The notes under the pieces: generated by a model
What the model saw: only the letters and a program-made list of their open reading frames with translations
Database searches by the model: none
What the model was told of the DNA's origin: nothing
Program-made: the position numbers and the translations under genes
Virus record (IMG/VR): IMGVR_UViG_3300031555_005503
Location: 41,352 to 105,351 of that record
Length of the DNA stretch: 64,000 nucleotides
Direction: 5' to 3' (one strand)
DNA from: a virus
Taxonomy: Duplodnaviria > Heunggongvirae > Uroviricota > Caudoviricetes
Shown here: positions 1 through 9,600 of the stretch, piece by piece
Layout of the letters: every line of letters starts with the position of its first letter
How positions within the stretch are numbered: position 1 is the first letter of the stretch

Positions 1-999
1 AAATATGTTCAGGAATATGAGTATGGTGAATTAGTTCAACTTGCAGATGATATTTCTGTTCGATTTGTTCCATCTGGTCATATTATTGCTGCTGCTCAAA
101 TAGAGCTTTGGCTTACTGAAGGAAATCAAACAAAGAAGATACTTTATACGGGAGATCTTGGCAATAGTATTCCTAAGTATTATGTTACACCATTTGAGCC
201 AGTACAAAAGGCTAATCTTGCAATATGTGAATCAACTTATTCTGATGCAATTAGGCAAGTTACAAAGAAAGATAGAACTACTGATTTATGGAAGATAAAT
301 ACGGTAGTTAAAGAGGTTTGTCAGGATAAAAATGGCAAAGTACTCTTCCCTACTTTTTCGCTTGATCGAACTCAAAACATGCTCACATTTTTATATGACA
401 TGTTTGGACATGATGAGAATTTCAAAGTGCCAATTTTACTTGATAGCCCATTAGCATCTAAGTTGACTGGAACTTATTTAAAACTACTTAAAGGCGAAGA
501 TCGTAAACGTCTTGAAGATGCGTTGATTTGGAACAATGTAACAATAGTTGATACATATGAGGATAGTCAAAGTTGGCAAAGAATGAAAAAGCCAATGATT
601 ATACTTGCGGCCAGTGGTTTTATGCAGGCTGGTAGAAGTAGATCTTGGGCTAAGACTATATTACCTGATTCAAAATCTCATATTATATTTATTGGATTTG
701 CAACAGATGGAAGTTTATCTGGCAAGTTGCGTCAAGCTAAAACTAAGACTATTACTATTGATGGGAAAGCTTATGCAAATAGGTGTGGCATTACTACCCT
801 ACACTCTTTCTCTTCTCATATTCAACATGATGAGATGTTGAAATATTATAGTGAAATTATTTGCGAAAAAATCTGTCTTGTGCATGGTGAATATAAATCT
901 AAGTGCGCATTTGGCAAGGAGTTACAGGAAGAAATTAATAAAAAAAATAAAACGAATAAAGTGGTGGTGGCAAATAAGTCAACATCGTTATTGATATAG
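1..999 (+). CDS. MBL-fold beta-CASP family metallo-hydrolase/nuclease (5' end outside window)
   Basis: Frame 1 is open from base 1 (KYVQEYEYGE...). It carries an SGH motif, TGDLG, the beta-CASP motif A AICESTYSD and motif C LVHGE. The track ORF 379..999 is only the internal-Met part. Confidence 0.7.
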   Translation, partial: KYVQEYEYGELVQLADDISVRFVPSGHIIAAAQIELWLTEGNQTKKILYTGDLGNSIPKYYVTPFEPVQKANLAICESTYSDAIRQVTKKDRTTDLWKINTVVKEVCQDKNGKVLFPTFSLDRTQNMLTFLYDMFGHDENFKVPILLDSPLASKLTGTYLKLLKGEDRKRLEDALIWNNVTIVDTYEDSQSWQRMKKPMIILAASGFMQAGRSRSWAKTILPDSKSHIIFIGFATDGSLSGKLRQAKTKTITIDGKAYANRCGITTLHSFSSHIQHDEMLKYYSEIICEKICLVHGEYKSKCAFGKELQEEINKKNKTNKVVVANKSTSLLI

Positions 1000-1047
1000 T
1001 GTAGAGCCGGCGAGCTCTATTTTTTATTGTTTGGAAGGATGGTGAGC

Positions 1048-1521
1048 ATGAAAAAGCTTGATAAAAGCTGGAACAGTGCTTTGGATAACGCTCTTGCAAG
1101 TGCGATGAGCGCTGATATTAGTACTTTAACTGCGGAATTAAGAGCCTATCTTTATCAGGAAATACAAGGTGCAGATATGCCTAGTGGTGTAAAGAACGCC
1201 ATACTTAATAATGGGATTGCTGTTGAAATAACAAGCTCTACTACTGCTATTATCTCAGTTATGGTTGAAAAAGTAACAATATATGCGAATGCTTTTCCAA
1301 ATACTGAAAGTGTTAACTTAGCAGCGTTATATAACTATGGTTGGAAAATTGGCAAAGATGCATTTTATTATCCTAATAAAGGAAGTAATGCGCAACCTCA
1401 TTGGGGATTTTATTTAAATAAAGTTCCTGAGTTTGCAAGTCATCCTGCTACAAACTTTGCACAAAAGGCTGCTCAAAAATTGATGGCTAAACATCCTGGA
1501 TGTTCAGTCACTGTTGGATAG
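1048..1521 (+). CDS. hypothetical phage protein
   Basis: ORF 1027..1521. Start refined to ATG 1048 (MKKLDKSW), which follows GGAAGGATGGTGAGC. No recognisable domain. Confidence 0.45.
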   Translation: MKKLDKSWNSALDNALASAMSADISTLTAELRAYLYQEIQGADMPSGVKNAILNNGIAVEITSSTTAIISVMVEKVTIYANAFPNTESVNLAALYNYGWKIGKDAFYYPNKGSNAQPHWGFYLNKVPEFASHPATNFAQKAAQKLMAKHPGCSVTVG

Positions 1522-1532
1522 TGAGGTGAAAT

Positions 1533-3902
1533 ATGGCCCAGGAATTAGATTTAAAAATAAAAATACTTAAAGCTAATGCCGAAGCAGATTTGTCTAAAAT
1601 AATTACAGAGCTTGAAGGTAATCCAGTCAATCTCAAAGTTAAGATTGATGATAAAAATTTAAAGACGCTTGAAACTCAATTAACTAATATTGCAAAGAAG
1701 GCAAAGCAAGCTTCGAATAGCTTAAATAATATATATAAAAAGAGTTCAAAGAGTAAGGCTTTTGCAGATGCTGACGCCATGATTAAAAAGTTAGAAAAGC
1801 AGAAATCTAAGCTTGAAAAACTTAAGATGTCTGATACTATAACGAGTGGTGAAAAAAGTGCTATTACTAAGCAGGTTAATGCTATAGAACAGCAGCTTGG
1901 TAAATTAACTAAGGCTAAAGAAAGATATGTAAAAGATTCTTATAAATTTAGCGAACAAGCGCAAAAGAATCATGCAAAATTATTATCTGCATCTGACGAT
2001 ATATTTAATAAAGCATCACTTGCAGAGTCTAAATATCGAAAAAATGATATACCACGTCAACAAAAACGTATAGAAGAAAAGGCTTTAAAGAAGGCTCAAG
2101 AAGAAGCCGAAGTGTCAGCAAAAAAAGCCCAAGAAGAATTAGATAAAACATATCGACAATTAACCGGAGCAGATGGGGCTCTTACTGCTAAAGATAAAGG
2201 TTTATCGGGAACCTTACATAAACATAGTGATATAGCTTTAAAAGAGTTTGAGCAATTAAGAGATACTGCTAAACAATATCGAGATGAATACACTAAATTA
2301 ACTGCTCAAGCCAATGATTTTCGTAATAAAATGGCCACAGGCCAGCCAGTTAATTTAGACGAGGTTTATAAAACTCAAGAAGCAATGAAAAATCTTACTG
2401 CTAATATGGATAATCTTCAAAAGAAGGCTGAACATTTAGCGGCGCCTACTCGACAGGCAATGAATGATAGTATTGCTTTTGATAAAATCGGTAGTAGATT
2501 AACTGATTATTATGGCAAGTATGAAAATCAAATAAGTAAAAATGTTAAATTGCAAGAACGTTTTCAGACTTTATTAGGTAAAGCTAATCGAGGTGATTTT
2601 GCTTCTATAGCTGAAGCTAATAGAGAATTTGCGGCATTCCGTACTGAAGCTCGTGCAGCCGGTGTTGAGATTGAAACTTTTGGATCAAAAATGAAGAAGA
2701 CATTTGATACCATGGTTAGGTCTAATCTTGCTGGCTATGGTACGTTTGCTGTAGAAATGGCTGTAACAGATATATTACGAAATACAGTAGCTGTTGATAC
2801 AGCCATGACAGAACTTAAGAAAGTAACAAATGAAACTGATGCAGCATATAGTCAGTTTTTAGATAATGCATCTCAAAGAGCTGAAAAGTTGGGTGCAACA
2901 TTGACTGAAGTAGTAAATGCAACAGCGGATTATGCAAGGCTTGGTTATAACATAGATCAGGCTACTACTTTGGCCGATTCAGCTATCATCTATCAAAATG
3001 TAGGAGATGACATTGCGAGTATAGATGATGCAACCGCTTCATTGATATCAACTATGCAAGGTTTTGGTATAGCTTCAGAAGACTCTATGACTATAGTAGA
3101 TAAGTTTAATGAAGTTGCCAATAACTATGCATCTAGTGCCGGTGATATAGGTGAAATGGTAAGACGTTCTGCAGCTTCAATGAGTGCTGCTGGCAACACG
3201 CTCGATCAGACAATAGCTTTGGGCGTAGCAGCTAACGAAGTTCAGCAGGATGCTGATACTGTCGGAACAGCTTTAAAAACAATGTCTATGAGATTGCGTG
3301 GATCAAAGACCGACCTCGAAGCAGCAGGTCTTGATGCTGAAGGTATGGCTTCGTCCACATCTAAACTTAGAAATGAGCTGATGTCACTTGCTGGAGTTGA
3401 TATCATGCTTAACGAAGATACTTTTAAATCCTCATATGATATCCTTATGGGCATCGGTGAGGTATGGGATAGCTTAAGTGATATAAACCAAGCAAATATA
3501 ACCGAGCTTCTATTCGGCAAGAGACAAGCTAATATTGGTTCAGCTATCCTGCAAAATTACGAACGAGCACAAGAGATATATGAAACATCTCTCAACTCTC
3601 AAGGTTCAGCAACTGCTGAAAACGAGAAGTATCTGGCGTCCGTTCAGGGTCATCTCGACCAATTTATGGCTAAGTGGGAATCATTCTCAACATCAATAGC
3701 CAATTCAGAAGGTCTTAAAATCTTCATTGATCTGGGTGGTCAGATAATTACCATTCTTGATCAACTGACAAAATTCTTTGGAAGTGCAACCATGCTAATA
3801 GTGCCTTTTATGGCTGCAATGTCCAAATTTGGTAACGTCGGTAAATTTAAATATGCCCTCTTACAGCAAGGTAATACAAGCTGTAGGATGATGGTGGCCT
3901 AA
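1533..3902 (+). CDS. tail tape measure domain protein (TP901-family TMP core), 789 aa
   Basis: Coiled-coil, Lys-rich N-terminal half. The central region (GNTLDQTIALGVAANEVQQDADTVGTALKTMSMRLRG..., TELLFGKRQANIGSAIL) matches the TP901-type TMP core. RBS GAGGTGAAAT before the ATG. The stop lies inside the intron-like RNA, so the true 3' end is uncertain. Confidence 0.65.
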   Translation: MAQELDLKIKILKANAEADLSKIITELEGNPVNLKVKIDDKNLKTLETQLTNIAKKAKQASNSLNNIYKKSSKSKAFADADAMIKKLEKQKSKLEKLKMSDTITSGEKSAITKQVNAIEQQLGKLTKAKERYVKDSYKFSEQAQKNHAKLLSASDDIFNKASLAESKYRKNDIPRQQKRIEEKALKKAQEEAEVSAKKAQEELDKTYRQLTGADGALTAKDKGLSGTLHKHSDIALKEFEQLRDTAKQYRDEYTKLTAQANDFRNKMATGQPVNLDEVYKTQEAMKNLTANMDNLQKKAEHLAAPTRQAMNDSIAFDKIGSRLTDYYGKYENQISKNVKLQERFQTLLGKANRGDFASIAEANREFAAFRTEARAAGVEIETFGSKMKKTFDTMVRSNLAGYGTFAVEMAVTDILRNTVAVDTAMTELKKVTNETDAAYSQFLDNASQRAEKLGATLTEVVNATADYARLGYNIDQATTLADSAIIYQNVGDDIASIDDATASLISTMQGFGIASEDSMTIVDKFNEVANNYASSAGDIGEMVRRSAASMSAAGNTLDQTIALGVAANEVQQDADTVGTALKTMSMRLRGSKTDLEAAGLDAEGMASSTSKLRNELMSLAGVDIMLNEDTFKSSYDILMGIGEVWDSLSDINQANITELLFGKRQANIGSAILQNYERAQEIYETSLNSQGSATAENEKYLASVQGHLDQFMAKWESFSTSIANSEGLKIFIDLGGQIITILDQLTKFFGSATMLIVPFMAAMSKFGNVGKFKYALLQQGNTSCRMMVA

Positions 3903-3904
3903 TC

Positions 3905-4235
3905 ACCCACTATGATGAACCCTTAAATTGCTGGAAAAGGCTAATGCCTGCAGACCAAAGCGGAGTCAGAAATGACAGACGTAAAGGTGGAGAAATTCGG
4001 AAAAAACATGCAGGATGAGGTATGCTGAGATAAAAGCCATCTATTTAGATGGTGCTAATCCTTGTAACAATGTCTAATCAGCAGCCAATCCCCTACCCCG
4101 CTTTTGCGACAAGGGGCAGGTTCAACGACTTTAAAGGGGTTCCGGTCTTGTCAACCGGTAAGAGAAAGTCTGAGCTACGGCGAAAGTCGTAGAGGAAGGT
4201 TGAAGTGCCTTCCCGCCATAATTTAGTTAAACCCT
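3905..4235 (+). ncRNA. group I intron-like structured RNA (approximate boundaries)
   Basis: 3926 AAATTGCTGGAAAAGG matches the P element AAAUUGCGGGAAAGG. 4110 GGTTCAACGACTTTAAAGG matches the R element GUUCACAGACUAAAUG. 4162 AGAGAAAGTCTGAGC matches the S element AAGAUAUAGUCGGAC. The P7 pairing is CGACT/AGTCG. There is a GNRA-type hairpin CTACGGCGAAAGTCGTAG and other stem-loops. GC content is well above the flanks and no ORF is present. Confidence 0.45.
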
Positions 4236-4259
4236 CTACAAAGAGGTTATCATATTGCT

Positions 4260-4292
4260 CTCCCCTACCCTATTTGGACTGGGGAGTTTTTA
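4260..4292 (+). terminator. intrinsic terminator candidate
   Basis: CTCCCC...GGGGAG stem followed by TTTTT. Confidence 0.4.
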
Positions 4293-4307
4293 TTAGTTAT
4301 AGTTTTG

Positions 4308-4336
4308 CTCCGTATTTTACGGGGCCTTTTTTATTT
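4308..4336 (+). terminator. intrinsic terminator candidate
   Basis: CTCCGTA-TTT-TACGGGG stem followed by CCTTTTTTATTTTTT. Confidence 0.45.
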
Positions 4337-4357
4337 TTTGAAGTTTGGAGGTTAGAG

Positions 4358-4654
4358 ATGAACAATGGAACTTCTAAAGCATTCATTAGACTTGCTGTGA
4401 CTGCAATTCTAATGTTAAATGCATGGCTCACTGCCAAAGGTATGAACCCTATCCCTTTTGATGAAGCAATGGTAACTGAGGTACTGACTTGTATTGCAGC
4501 TGGTTTATCAGGAGTTTGGGTTTGGTGGAAGAACAATAACGTTAGTAAGGAAGCTCAGGCTGCTCAAATGCTTAAGGATGACATGAAAGTTGATGGCATT
4601 CCTGATCTTTATGCGTATGAAACAGTTGAAATTATTGAAGATGATGAAGAATAA
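4358..4654 (+). CDS. holin (class II, two transmembrane segments)
   Basis: Start refined to ATG 4358, preceded by GGAGGTTAGAG. Two hydrophobic helices (AFIRLAVTAILMLNAWL and VLTCIAAGLSGVWVWW) and a charged acidic C-terminus. Sits immediately upstream of the endolysin. Confidence 0.7.
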   Translation: MNNGTSKAFIRLAVTAILMLNAWLTAKGMNPIPFDEAMVTEVLTCIAAGLSGVWVWWKNNNVSKEAQAAQMLKDDMKVDGIPDLYAYETVEIIEDDEE

Positions 4655-4666
4655 GGTGGTGTTTTA

Positions 4667-5578
4667 ATGGCAACTAAAGTAACTGCGGCTCAAGTAGTCG
4701 CTAAGGCGGTTAGTCAAATCGGTGTTAAGGAATCGCCTAAAAATTCAAATAAGGTAAAATATAATGTTGCGTATTATGGTAGTAATACTGCTGCTCCATG
4801 GTGCGCTACTTTTGTATGGTGGGTATTTAAAGAATGCGGAGATACTTCTATTCTGCCGCTAGGCAAAAAGTCTGATTACTGTCCTGATATTGGTGATTAT
4901 ATTATTGCTAGTGGCAGAAAGAAAGCTAAGAATGCTGGTCAGCCAGGGGATATTGTTCTGTTTGATTTTAATGGAAATGGAACTTCTGATCATATTGGTA
5001 TTATCGAAAAGAAGAATTCTGATGGATCCTATTCTTGTATTGAAGGTAATACTTCACTGACAAGCAATTCTAATGGTGGCGAAGTAATGAGAAGAAAGAG
5101 ATATCAGTCTCAAATTAATCATATTTATAGACCACCATATGCAAGCGCAAGTACAAGTAGCACAAGTACAAGTTCAAAATCTTCTAGTAGCTCAAAATCA
5201 TCCAGCTCAAAATCATCCAGCTCCAAACTTACAGTTGATGGCAAATGGGGTAAGAATACAACTAAAAAGAGTCAAAAAGTTTTAGGTACAGTGCAGGATG
5301 GTATCGTTTCTAATCAGTGGAAGTCATGTAAGAAATATCTGCCTAATTGCTTAACTGATAGCTGGAAATTTGGTAGCAGTAATAAGACTGGTTCTACAAT
5401 GGTTAAGGCGCTGCAGAAGCTGGTTGGAGTTTCTAGAGATGGCGTTATGGGTAAAGGCACAGTTAAGGCTCTACAGAAATTCCTGAAGAAAAAAGGATAT
5501 TATAGTGGATCTATTGATGGTATTTGCGGATCAGGTACTGTTAAGGGTTGGCAAAAATATGTTAATAGCAAGCTTTAA
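4667..5578 (+). CDS. endolysin: CHAP peptidase/amidase domain with C-terminal PG_binding-like repeats
   Basis: CHAP Cys motif PWCATFVWW and His motif DHIGII. Ser/Lys low-complexity linker. Two repeats resembling the peptidoglycan-binding domain (KALQKFLKKKGYYSGSIDGICGSGT). Confidence 0.8.
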   Translation: MATKVTAAQVVAKAVSQIGVKESPKNSNKVKYNVAYYGSNTAAPWCATFVWWVFKECGDTSILPLGKKSDYCPDIGDYIIASGRKKAKNAGQPGDIVLFDFNGNGTSDHIGIIEKKNSDGSYSCIEGNTSLTSNSNGGEVMRRKRYQSQINHIYRPPYASASTSSTSTSSKSSSSSKSSSSKSSSSKLTVDGKWGKNTTKKSQKVLGTVQDGIVSNQWKSCKKYLPNCLTDSWKFGSSNKTGSTMVKALQKLVGVSRDGVMGKGTVKALQKFLKKKGYYSGSIDGICGSGTVKGWQKYVNSKL

Positions 5579-5655
5579 TCTTGCCTAATTTTGTCAAATA
5601 TGCTATAATACATAGGCAAAGTAGTATCGGTTCGTGCCGGTGTTTTCAATGTATT

Positions 5656-5688
5656 AACCCGTCTTCTATGACGGGTTGAATTTTTTAT
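5656..5688 (+). terminator. intrinsic terminator after the lysis cassette
   Basis: AACCCGTC/GACGGGTT stem followed by a T6 run. Confidence 0.6.
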
Positions 5689-5698
5689 TATAAAATAT

Positions 5699-5733
5699 AA
5701 AGCCCGCCTTTTATTGAGACGGGCTTTTATTAA
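5699..5733. terminator. bidirectional hairpin terminator
   Basis: AGCCCG...CGGGCT stem with T-rich tracts on both strands. Lies between the + lysis genes and the - gene 5730..5996. Confidence 0.45.
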
Positions 5734-5996
5734 TTATGCAAAGAATTCATATAGATGCAAAATAATGTTGTTGAACTTATGTTGTGTTTCGACACAATCA
5801 TTGCAATATCGTCAACGAGTAGTTTAAATACTTGATCAATAGATATATTGTATTTCTTTAGTAGTATATCTAATTCTTCTATAATCATTTTGATACTTAT
5901 GTCTGAAAGCTCTTTAAACTCTTTATTTATTTGAGTATCACTTGTTTCGGTATTAGTTATTATTCTGGCTAAAATACATTGTATTGAATCAAACAT
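5730..5996 (-). CDS. hypothetical protein (moron-like)
   Basis: 88-aa ORF on the opposite strand to both flanking operons. Confidence 0.35.
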   Translation of the reverse strand: MFDSIQCILARIITNTETSDTQINKEFKELSDISIKMIIEELDILLKKYNISIDQVFKLLVDDIAMIVSKHNISSTTLFCIYMNSLHN

Positions 5997-6050
5997 AGTT
6001 ACACCTTATTTATTTCAATAAGCATCAATATTAAAAATAACACACCTACC

Positions 6051-6530
6051 CTACTTCTTCTCCCTAATGTTCTTGTCGATAGCAGATGCTGCACCGATAA
6101 CAGCGCCAGTTGGACCAGCAATGATACCACCTGCAACTGCACGGCCTACTACGGATGCAGATTTAGGTTTGCTGTCACGGAGATCAAGACCTGGGCCTGT
6201 ATAACCACCTCTTTCAAAAAAATCATGCATCTTTTGTTTATATTTTTCAAATAATTTTTTGTCGAGTTTATCATTTTCTGGGATATCAACATAAGTTTCC
6301 CAAAAGAATTGATATATCGTTGGAGTAAAATCAAATAAAGTAACTGGTTCTCCTTCTTTTTGAGGCCATTCATTTATTTTATGATTTGTATTTATCATTT
6401 GTGCGTTTTTATATTTTTTAGTAAAAGGGATACATTTAGGATCGCACTCGAGACAATGCTTAGTATCTGAAGAATTACTATAATACGTTTTTAAATTTCC
6501 ACATTGTGGACAGTAGCATATTTTATACAT
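6051..6530 (-). CDS. zinc-ribbon protein with C-terminal glycine-zipper membrane segment
   Basis: Start refined to MYKICY, preceded by GGAGGTGATATT. CPQCG..CLEC zinc ribbon. C-terminal VGRAVAGGIIAGPTGAVIGAASAI glycine zipper. Confidence 0.5.
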   Translation of the reverse strand: MYKICYCPQCGNLKTYYSNSSDTKHCLECDPKCIPFTKKYKNAQMINTNHKINEWPQKEGEPVTLFDFTPTIYQFFWETYVDIPENDKLDKKLFEKYKQKMHDFFERGGYTGPGLDLRDSKPKSASVVGRAVAGGIIAGPTGAVIGAASAIDKNIREKK

Positions 6531-6631
6531 AATATCACCTCCATACATCCATATTTTACCAAAATAATGTAAGATTAAATAAAACTACTTAGGGTTTAAA
6601 ATACCCTTAATAGTTACAAAACAACTAAATT

Positions 6632-9600
6632 ATGGTCAGTAATAATTGGCTGATTACCAATTATGAAAGTAACAGAATGATATTTAAATCCATTGAAAGA
6701 ATGGATGCGGATGGTAATATTACTAATGCTGTTTCATGGGGTATTGGTGGATTTGGACAAGCTAAAAAAGACAAACAAGAATTTCAAGATGCGTTAAACG
6801 AACAAGCTCATAAACGAGATAAGCAAGCTATTGCAGACTTTAATCATATGGTTAAAGTGCAAAACAAGAGTGTTAGTGAAGCTATTGCAAATTTAGGTGG
6901 GGCATCTGAAGCTGTAAAGCAATACTGTCAAGATGCTGGTGCAGCAGGTGCTGATGTTGATAAGTTCACTGAAAAACAAAAAGCTCAGCAAGAAGCTCTT
7001 GAAAAATCCAAGAAAGGCTTCAAAGGACTATCTGCTGCAACTAAAGCTATGGGCGCTAATATCCTGCTTGATCTTGGTGTTGCTGCTGCCATTGCTGCTA
7101 TCTCTGCTGGCTGGAACAAACTCAATAACGAATTTAAAATCACACCTGCCAAAAAGATCGAAGCCATGGAAACTACAGTCAACGACTACAATGCTGCCAT
7201 GGAAGAAAGTCAGAACGGCATTAAAACTATTCAGTCTCTTGAATCTGAATTTACTAGACTTTCTCAGGGTGTTGATGATAGCGGTCGTAATATCAGTCTA
7301 AGTGCTGAGGAATATGAACGATATAACGAGATAGTTAAAGAGTTGGTGGGTATAAGTCCTGAGTTAGTTCAGGGTTATACTGCTGAAGGAAATGCGATTG
7401 TAGATCGTAATACTGCTATCAAGGATGGGATTCAAGCTCAGAAGGATTATGCGGATGCGGCTAAAAATGCTTATACTGCTTCTATTAATGATATTGTCAA
7501 AGGTTCTAAAGAAAACATGAAGACTTCCACATCAGAAATGCGTGGTAGTCTTAGCGATTTTAGAGGATTAGATAGTATTACTTCTGATGTTGGATATAGT
7601 TCGAGATTAATAAATAAAGCATTAGGATATCAAGCAGATTTAACGACTGCTTCTGCTGAAACTCTAAATGATATTTATACTCATCGTGCTGAAATTATAA
7701 AATTAGCTAAAGAAGATGGCGTTGAAGAAGATAAAATTGCTGAAATGGAGGCTTATCTTAGTCAAATCGGTTCTGCATATTCTGAATTCGAATCATCTAT
7801 CCAGCCAATTTTAGATGTACTTAATGCATCTATTGCTGAAAATGCAAAAGTTCTTCCTGAATCTATGAGGGATAATTTACAAGCTGGGCTTAAAGAAATT
7901 GCAACTTTAGATATAGATGGCACAGAAATGAAAGCTAAAGCAATTCAACTCGTTGATACATTAGATACAATTTATAAATCTAATGAAGGTGGATATGCTG
8001 ACGCTTTAAAAGAAGCCAAAGAGGCTCAAGAAGACTTTATGGATTCTGATAGGTCTAAAGATGATGTTATTGAATACGATAAAGTTGTTCAGGATCATAT
8101 AGACACCATAACCGACTTAGCTAAAGAATACCAAAAAGCTGGTGACGATATTACCGCTGCGGCATTGTTTGAAGAAGCTTCTAAAATGGCGGACTTTGCA
8201 ACAGAGAATGTTCTTACTCTTGCTGAAGCATTTAATCCTTTAGCATCTGCGATGGAAGAGGCTCAAGGTGCAAAAGAGAAATTTGATAATGCTATGTCAG
8301 CTAATCCTGATTATGATACAGCTATCAATAGTTTTGGCGAAATTTTTGATGAAATTCTAGATGGCGATGATAATAAAGGTAATGGAAGTAAGGCATTTTG
8401 GCAAGGCGCAGAACAAATTCTCGGTTCAAAAACAATTCGTGAACTTGGCGGCGATTTCGATAAGGTTAATGCTCGCTTAAAAGAACTTAAATCTGGTGCA
8501 AAAGATAGTGCTTCTGCAACTGGTAAGTTCTTTAATATGCTTTTAAATAATGCAGATGAAATTGCAGAATTAGATTTAGGTAAAGTTTGGCAAACATCAA
8601 ATGGTGAAATTAAGTTTGATATTGATTCAAGCAATTGGGCTGAAGTTGCTGATATATTAGGCGTATCATATGAGTATTTAATTGCTATGCTTGATATGTC
8701 TAGAAAATGGGCAGAAATTGATTTATCTGATGATAATGCTGTAAAAACAGCCATTAGCGAAATGGAAACAACCCATAAAACTGCTGATGGAGAAATGTAT
8801 CAGCTTTATAGCAATATTCAATCTGAGGCTGTTGCCGCTGGATTAAGTATAGAAGAACTTGATGGGAAAATTAAGGATCTTACTTCAGAAGGTGTCCATG
8901 TAATCGATTTAGAGGTTGATGCTCCTGAAGATATTGCTGGCGCTCTTAGTGGAATGAGCAGTCAGCTCGCAACAGAGAAAGACGGAAAATATAAAATTAA
9001 TATTGAGAAAACCGTTGCTCAGTTGTTGGATATGGGAGCTAGTGAAGCTCAAATTGAAAAAACCATAAGTAAATGGGAAAAAGACGAAGATAAAAAATTT
9101 GAGTTACAAACAAAGAAACCTGATGATACTGAGTGGTCTGAATGGATTGGCAATATTAAAACAGAATGGCAAGCCGGTCTAGAAGATACTGATGATCCTT
9201 TCACAAAACTTTCAGACTCTGCAGATAAATTTGCTTCTTCAATTGAAAGATTAATAGCAGCATTAGGTTTTATGCCTGATATTGATATAGAAAGTAATCT
9301 TGACGATGTAAAAGAAGATATTGAAGATTTTGCTTTTAATTATGGCAATTTATCTGAGCTTGAAAAAGAAAAAGCTGTTGAAGGAATTAGCAATGAAATT
9401 GAAGAAGCCAAAGAACAACTTGATACTCTTAAAGCTTTAAGAGATGATCCTAATAATAAACTTACAAAAGATCAAAAAAATCAACTTGAATTAGATATAA
9501 CTAATGCTGAAAAGAATATTAAATTATATTCAAAGCTATTAGAAGATGTCAAAGACGATGGCGTTATTAATAATAGTATTAATTGCACAGTTAAAGGATA

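Noticed and set aside
4205-4357. 5' extension of the holin ORF (MPSRHNLVKPSTKRL...), also considered as an intron exon 2 or TMP-holin fusion
   Set aside because: The extension runs through two terminator hairpins, and the real start at 4358 has a strong RBS. A splice fusing the TMP to the holin is biologically implausible
6632-6700. Alternative start for the 2203-aa TMP
   Set aside because: The ATG at 6632 has a weak RBS and downstream Met codons are no better. The track start was kept with the uncertainty noted
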